Assembly: GCA_034189385.1 (NCBI GenBank)
Contig: JAXHVD010000003.1
Span: forward strand, 96,001-160,000
Reading direction: 5' to 3'
From: Thermodesulfobacteriota bacterium
Lineage (GTDB): Bacteria; Desulfobacterota; Desulfobacteria; Desulfobacterales; C00003060
Length of the DNA stretch: 64,000 nt
Position 1 is the stretch's first letter. The number at the start of each line of letters is the position of its first letter. Both the position numbers and the translations under genes were made by a program. The notes under the pieces were generated by a model. The model saw only the letters and a list, made by a program, of their open reading frames with translations. It searched no databases and was not told the origin of the DNA. Of the stretch, positions 58,841-64,000 are shown piece after piece.

Positions 58841-61327
58841 ATGAACGCATTTGTTCCCCGCAACTACACACTCTCTATCACGCCTGATCTGGCCCATTTC
58901 CGGTTTTCCGGCAGGGTTGAGATATCCGGTGAAGCAACAGCACTGATCGACGAAATCACCCTTCACGCCTTGGAGCTGGATATAATGGCTTGCAAGGCCT
59001 GGATTGACGGCCGCCTGGTGGACTGCCCGGTCACCCCGCAACCGGAAGACGAGCAGATACGGATCCGTTTGCCGCAGAAGATCACCGGACACATGCGGCT
59101 GGAAATCAGATACGGGGGCGTGATCAACGATCACATGGCCGGGTTTTACCGCAGTCGCTATCAGGTGGCCGGAGAGACCCGTCACGTGGCCGTTACCCAG
59201 TTTCAGGAAAGCGATGCCCGCCGGGCCTTTCCGTGCCAGGATCACCCGGCGAAAAAGGCCACTTTCAATATTGAATTGATCGTGGACGACCACCTTTGTG
59301 CATTCTCCAACACCACGGAAGAGGAGGTGGTTTCCCTGGGCGACGGAAAAAAGCGGGTCCGCTTCCGGCAGACGCCGCTTATGTCCACGTACCTGCTCTT
59401 TTTTGGGGTCGGCGCATTTGAAACGGTTCGCAGCCCTTCCGATGCTCGGGTGCGGGCGGTCACCATCCCGGGGATGGTCTCTTATGCCGACTACGGCCTG
59501 GCCTTTGGCGCTAATGCGCTTCGATTCTGTGAGGAGTACTTCCGGATTCCCTTCCCTTTGTCCAAGATGGACTTGATCGCTATTCCGGATTTCGCCTTCG
59601 GCGCCATGGAGAATTGGGGGGCCATCACCTTTCGGGAAAACCTGTTGCTCCACGACCCGGACATGACCTCCAGAGCAGGGGAAGAGCGGATCTGCGAAGT
59701 GATCGCCCACGAGATCGTTCATCAGTGGTTCGGCAACCTGGTAACGCCCTGTGATTGGAAATATCTCTGGCTAAATGAGAGCTTTGCCACCTTTTTCGGC
59801 TACGGCGTCGTGGATCACTATCATCCAGAGTGGGGAATCTGGGACCAGTTCCTAGGGGGGCAAACCGATACAGCCCTGGCAAGAGATGGCATCCACGAGA
59901 CCTTTGCCATCGAGATCCCCGGCAGAGATCATGTGGCCATCAACTCCAGCACCGCCCCCATCATCTACAGCAAAGGGGGGAGCATCCTTCGGCAGGTCAA
60001 GGGCTTCATCGGTGATGAGAGTTTCAGGGATGGACTCCATCACTATCTGAGCCAGCACGCATACAGCAACGCCGCCAGCCATCATCTGTGGGAAGCCCTT
60101 GAGAGGGTTTCTGAAAGGCCCGTTGCGCGCATGATGAAGAGCTGGGTCGAACAGCCCGGATATCCGGTCATCCGGGCACAAAGAGAAGGGCGGCGTCTCT
60201 TTCTGCAACAGGAGCGCTTTACCTATCTGCCGGGTGGGTTCGAGCAGGTGTGGGACGTTCCCGTCAACATTGAACTCTTTGGTCCTGACAGCGAGTCCAG
60301 GCTTGTGAGCACCCTGTTAACGGAATCACAGGGCGAAGTGGCCTTGCCTCAAGAGCCAGTGGCCTACAAGGTCAATGCCGGCCAAACCGGATTTTACCGC
60401 TGCTGGTATTCAAATCGAAGTGATTTGGAGGCCCTGGGAAACCTCATCTGCAAAAAACGCCTGCCGCCGGAAGATCGCTGGGGAGTGGAAAACGACTTCT
60501 TTGCCATGGTTCGCCGGGGCGAGCAGACCGTATTTGACTACATCGACTTCATGAAGCACTTTGAAAATGAGACAGACTATCTGCCCTTGGTCAGCATAGC
60601 AGACAACCTTTTCAGCGCCTACATGGTAGTAAAAGAGAACCAGCGCGACGCTATCGCTGCAGCAGGCCGGAGACTGTTTGACCGTGCACTGGCACAGATC
60701 GGTCTCGAGCCGCAGCCCGCTGAAAGATTTACTACATCACTCATGCGGGATCATGTTTTGCTACACGCCGTATTCTACGGATCAGAAGAAGCCCTTGCGT
60801 TTGGCCGCAACTGTTTCAAGACCCTGGCTTCCGGGGGAAGCGTTCATCCAGACATCATGAAAAGTGTCATGCAGATCGGTGCCTGGACGGAAAACGAGGC
60901 GGCCCTCCACTGGCTGCAGAACCGCTTTCGGTCCTCTGCCAGCGAGCATGAAAGGATGAACATCCTCGCCGCGCTGGCATGCTGCAATGGGCCGAAGCTG
61001 GTAGACCAGGCCCTGGCCTTTGTGCTGGCAGAGGTTCCAGATCGCAACAGATTCCTCCCGATCGTGGCAGCCTGTGCCAACCCTCAAGCCGTAGAACATA
61101 TGTGGCCTTGGTATTGTGACCACGTGCAGCAGTTGGAGCAGTTCCATCCGCTACTCTATGAACGGGTGATGGCGGCGGTCATCCCAACGGCTGGCATCTT
61201 TGCACCAGATGAGGTCCGGGGATTTTTTCAAGACTACATGGATCAGAGACCTCGAAGCCGTGACGCGATACTCCTGGCCCTGGAAAAGCTGGAGATCAAC
61301 CTAAGGTTCAAAGAGCGCAATGGCTGA
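58841..61327 (+). CDS. M1-family zinc aminopeptidase with ERAP1-like C-terminal domain
   Basis: ARRAFPC.D.P..KATF, GAMENWG, HEIVH-x18-E, YSKG; GGAGG RBS before ATG 58841. Confidence 0.95.
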   Translation: MNAFVPRNYTLSITPDLAHFRFSGRVEISGEATALIDEITLHALELDIMACKAWIDGRLVDCPVTPQPEDEQIRIRLPQKITGHMRLEIRYGGVINDHMAGFYRSRYQVAGETRHVAVTQFQESDARRAFPCQDHPAKKATFNIELIVDDHLCAFSNTTEEEVVSLGDGKKRVRFRQTPLMSTYLLFFGVGAFETVRSPSDARVRAVTIPGMVSYADYGLAFGANALRFCEEYFRIPFPLSKMDLIAIPDFAFGAMENWGAITFRENLLLHDPDMTSRAGEERICEVIAHEIVHQWFGNLVTPCDWKYLWLNESFATFFGYGVVDHYHPEWGIWDQFLGGQTDTALARDGIHETFAIEIPGRDHVAINSSTAPIIYSKGGSILRQVKGFIGDESFRDGLHHYLSQHAYSNAASHHLWEALERVSERPVARMMKSWVEQPGYPVIRAQREGRRLFLQQERFTYLPGGFEQVWDVPVNIELFGPDSESRLVSTLLTESQGEVALPQEPVAYKVNAGQTGFYRCWYSNRSDLEALGNLICKKRLPPEDRWGVENDFFAMVRRGEQTVFDYIDFMKHFENETDYLPLVSIADNLFSAYMVVKENQRDAIAAAGRRLFDRALAQIGLEPQPAERFTTSLMRDHVLLHAVFYGSEEALAFGRNCFKTLASGGSVHPDIMKSVMQIGAWTENEAALHWLQNRFRSSASEHERMNILAALACCNGPKLVDQALAFVLAEVPDRNRFLPIVAACANPQAVEHMWPWYCDHVQQLEQFHPLLYERVMAAVIPTAGIFAPDEVRGFFQDYMDQRPRSRDAILLALEKLEINLRFKERNG

Positions 61328-61357
61328 GAAAGAATAAAACGCCTGCAATGAGAGGGC

Positions 61358-62452
61358 TTGCCGGTTCTGGGGTACCTTCTCTGGTGCGCCCTGGGTAAGA
61401 AGGCAGTGACACCCCTTAGAGACATTCACATCCCTTCATGGTGGAAACACGCGGCAGAGAGAATTCTGAAAAAGCGCTGGCGGAAGATTCTCGTCGTAGG
61501 AGCATCGAATCGCGGCAAGAGCACGTACTGCCTGTTTCTGTGCCGCACGCTGTGTGAAGCGGGCTTCCCGGTGGCCTTCGTGGATGCCGATGTGGGCCAG
61601 AAGAACGTGGGGCCTCCCGCCACCATTTCCCTTGCCGTCCTCGAAGGGAAGAGGGATCTCTCAACGTGGCAGCCTGAAAGGCTTTATTTCGTGGGCAATA
61701 CAAGTCCTGTGGGACGGATGCTTCCCATGATCGTGGGGACGAGAAAGATGGTCGATGCGGCAGACACACCCTTCGTGGTGGTAGATACCACCGGCCTTGT
61801 CCATGGCCCAGGAAGGATTCTCAAGGCATACCAAATCGATTCAATCCAGCCGGATGCCGTTGTTTGCATTGAGCACCACCAGGAGCTTGAACCTCTCGTA
61901 AGATCCCATCCCACAGTGAACATCATCAGGATTGGGGCATCCCGCCACGCCGTCTTGAAATCCCGTCAGGAGCGCGCGGCCGCGCGGGAACGGTCTTTCA
62001 GGGCCTATTTCAAGAGTGCAGGGGACGTGAACCTGAAGATACCCGATGTCGTGTTTCAGCCCTTTTCCATCCTTGATGCGATCCAGATGACGGTCGATGG
62101 ATCCCCATATGCTGAGGAATATCCAGACGGCATCATCGGTGTTTCAAAAAACAGGAAAGAGCTCTACCAATCCGACATGACGGGTCTACGGCCAGGTCTT
62201 GAGCAGAACCTCCTTTGCGGCGTTCTGGACGGCCGAGGCCATGTAAAGGGGCTGGCGCTTCTTAACAAAATGGATCTCAGTCACCAGACGGTCTCCCTTT
62301 GCACTCCGGTGCCGGCAGGCAAGATCAAGGTGCTTCAGCAGGGAGATCTTTATCTCAACAGGGACGGAAAAGAGCTGGGATATGTAGCCCACCATCGGCC
62401 CCTGTCTTCTTCCTCACAAATACCGCCTCAGGACTCCTCTTCACCCCGTTGA
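61358..62452 (+). CDS. Clp1/Nol9/Grc3-family polynucleotide 5'-hydroxyl kinase
   Basis: Walker A GASNRGKST, Walker B VDADVGQ..VGPP.TI, FVG.TSP, DTTG clasp, lid R..R...RE..FR.YF; start may be GTG 61406. Confidence 0.88.
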   Translation: MPVLGYLLWCALGKKAVTPLRDIHIPSWWKHAAERILKKRWRKILVVGASNRGKSTYCLFLCRTLCEAGFPVAFVDADVGQKNVGPPATISLAVLEGKRDLSTWQPERLYFVGNTSPVGRMLPMIVGTRKMVDAADTPFVVVDTTGLVHGPGRILKAYQIDSIQPDAVVCIEHHQELEPLVRSHPTVNIIRIGASRHAVLKSRQERAAARERSFRAYFKSAGDVNLKIPDVVFQPFSILDAIQMTVDGSPYAEEYPDGIIGVSKNRKELYQSDMTGLRPGLEQNLLCGVLDGRGHVKGLALLNKMDLSHQTVSLCTPVPAGKIKVLQQGDLYLNRDGKELGYVAHHRPLSSSSQIPPQDSSSPR

Positions 62453-62729
62453 CCATGACAGACAAACGACTCGGTATTCATTACCCAAGGCGCTCTCTGC
62501 ATCCACACCACGGGTAGGGTACAACACTTCTTATTACTGTATTTCGGCACGAAAAATACAGTCTTCACCCCATTTACATCTGACCCCACAAACCATAATT
62601 TTCAACCTGTACGGTGGTTCACAAAGATAGAAGGGAGGGATGGAAGTACCTGAGTTGGGCATCAACAAGAGGCTTTGATGAAGGTGAATGGACGAGACAA
62701 GCAGTCAACAAACAGAGGAGAAGGGAAAA

Positions 62730-63041
62730 ATGGACGTAAAAGACTATTGTGGTTCTATGAGCACGGAACTGATGGCTTGGAAGGCGAAAATGTACGACAT
62801 CACGCGCAGACTGGACAAATTGGGAAGCGCGGATAAAGAAAAGGTGCTTTCGCAAGTGGAGGACATGCATATCCTTGTGACGGAAATGGGTGACAGAATC
62901 GATAAGCTCAACCGGGAATGCCCTTCCGAATGGAGCCCGGACAAGAATGCCATCGATAATGCCCATACAGACATGCGTGCCAAATACGAGAGCACCATGG
63001 AGTTCATCGGAAAGGCTGCTCCCGTATCAGTCCCCGGCTAA
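62730..63041 (+). CDS. Small helical hypothetical protein with two Cys
   Basis: GAGGAG/AGGG RBS; MDVKDYC...EL.AWKAK.YD...L..ECPSEW; heptad-like pattern. Confidence 0.75.
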   Translation: MDVKDYCGSMSTELMAWKAKMYDITRRLDKLGSADKEKVLSQVEDMHILVTEMGDRIDKLNRECPSEWSPDKNAIDNAHTDMRAKYESTMEFIGKAAPVSVPG

Positions 63042-63093
63042 AAGAAGGGTCCTGAAAGGGGCGGACAGAGAGACAAAGGAGGGAGATGCATAC

Positions 63094-63156
63094 ATGAAGA
63101 TCAAGAAGATAAGAAAGACTGCCAAAGGTCTGTGCAAGTGCAAGCGTTCCTGCTAG
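63094..63156 (+). CDS. Candidate 20-aa Lys/Cys-rich micropeptide
   Basis: AAGGAGGGAG RBS 8 nt before ATG; MKIKKIRKTAKGLCKCKRSC*. Confidence 0.5.
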   Translation: MKIKKIRKTAKGLCKCKRSC

Positions 63157-63254
63157 CATGTGTGGCTGTTGCCATAATACCTGTAAGTGCCTGAGATCGA
63201 CAATTCATTAGAAGACGAGGTGGAAAGATTCTCGGGCCTCGACAAATGAACAGG

Positions 63255-63282
63255 GCGGAGTCCACAGGACTCCGCTTTTTTT
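63255..63282 (+). terminator. Intrinsic terminator
   Basis: GCGGAGTCC-ACA-GGACTCCGC followed by T7. Confidence 0.85.
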
Positions 63283-63431
63283 GTCCAATGCAACGACAGA
63301 GAAGGACTGACACCGTCTCGCTAACACGTCTATGTATCCCCTTTTCCGTTTCTGAAGGATAGGGCTTAAACCTGAGACCCATTAGCTGTCTAGACGTTGG
63401 GACATACCCACACAGACCGAAGAGGTGGACC

Positions 63432-63839
63432 ATGACCTTGTCCTTTTACCTGAAGTTGTATGTGCTCACGATACCGGTCTTCTTTGCCATCGACATCCTA
63501 TGGCTCGGCATAGCAGCCAAAGACTTCTACCAAAAACACCTGGGTTCCCTTTTTCGCCCCAAGGTGGACTGGACCGCCGCCATTGTTTTCTATCTTATCT
63601 TTATCGTTGGCATTCTGTTCTTCGCTGTTGTGCCGGCATTGGAAAGAGGCGCCTGGACGAGAGCGGTCATCTGGGGGGGGCTCTTTGGTTTCTTTACCTA
63701 CGCGACCTATGACCTGACAAACCTTGCCACCTTAAAAGACTGGCCCGTGAAGGTGGTCGTGGTGGACATGATCTGGGGCATCTTCCTCTGCAGTACTGTT
63801 TCGGCCATCAGCTTTCACATCGGCAAATGGCTCGGTTGA
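63432..63839 (+). CDS. DUF2177-family membrane protein
   Basis: ID.LWLG, FY.IF..G, YATYDLTNLATL.DWP, VD..WG. Confidence 0.88.
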   Translation: MTLSFYLKLYVLTIPVFFAIDILWLGIAAKDFYQKHLGSLFRPKVDWTAAIVFYLIFIVGILFFAVVPALERGAWTRAVIWGGLFGFFTYATYDLTNLATLKDWPVKVVVVDMIWGIFLCSTVSAISFHIGKWLG

Positions 63840-64000
63840 CGACCCCTGTCTTTGGGGCAAGACGCATCCAGCCCTGCAGATGGTTGTGTGCCTATTCTTT
63901 ATGCTTGGGCTATGGATCGTACCCGCTCCTCATGACACATGGAGAGGATTGTCCAAGGGGCAGACGTCACAGCGGCCATGTTTGCCCTCGGGCTGGGTCA

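Noticed and set aside
63840..64000. Start of another gene at the window end
   Set aside because: Too little sequence; no clear RBS/start or recognisable motif.

Overview
Bacterial chromosomal segment that is mostly housekeeping. Gene order (rpsF-rpsR-DUF2232-rplI-dnaB without ssb; leuB-asd) and protein style suggest Desulfobacterota (deltaproteobacteria); this is an inference. Contents in order: aroQ(3' end)-aroK-aroC, nhaR, DEAD-box helicase-typA, a B12 radical SAM enzyme, HAL2-type pAp phosphatase, nnr, DUF89, M18 aminopeptidase, dtd, an AttE/FG/H-like ABC-lipocalin operon, HelY-like helicase, mutY, a patchy accessory stretch (about 29.4-39.9 kb, with a decayed CBS paralog, an nhaA remnant and several small proteins), mltD, hflX, dnaB-rplI-rpsR-rpsF, archease-rtcB, PBP1A, ttcA, rpoZ, greA, asd, leuB, ubiB-like kinase, M1 aminopeptidase, a Clp1-family polynucleotide kinase and DUF2177. 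I found no rRNA, tRNA, CRISPR array, transposase, integrase or phage genes. I cannot support a large, clearly novel multi-gene system. The best leads are: (i) two tandem Cys-rich micro-ORFs at 63094-63211 inside an apparent transcription unit; (ii) Clp1 kinase co-occurring with archease/RtcB, an archaeal/eukaryotic-style RNA end-repair kit; (iii) unannotated membrane microproteins, one opposite nhaR; (iv) a probable non-canonical ATC start for hflX; (v) several families of short degenerate repeats and palindromes. All calls come from motif reading by eye; no searches were run.
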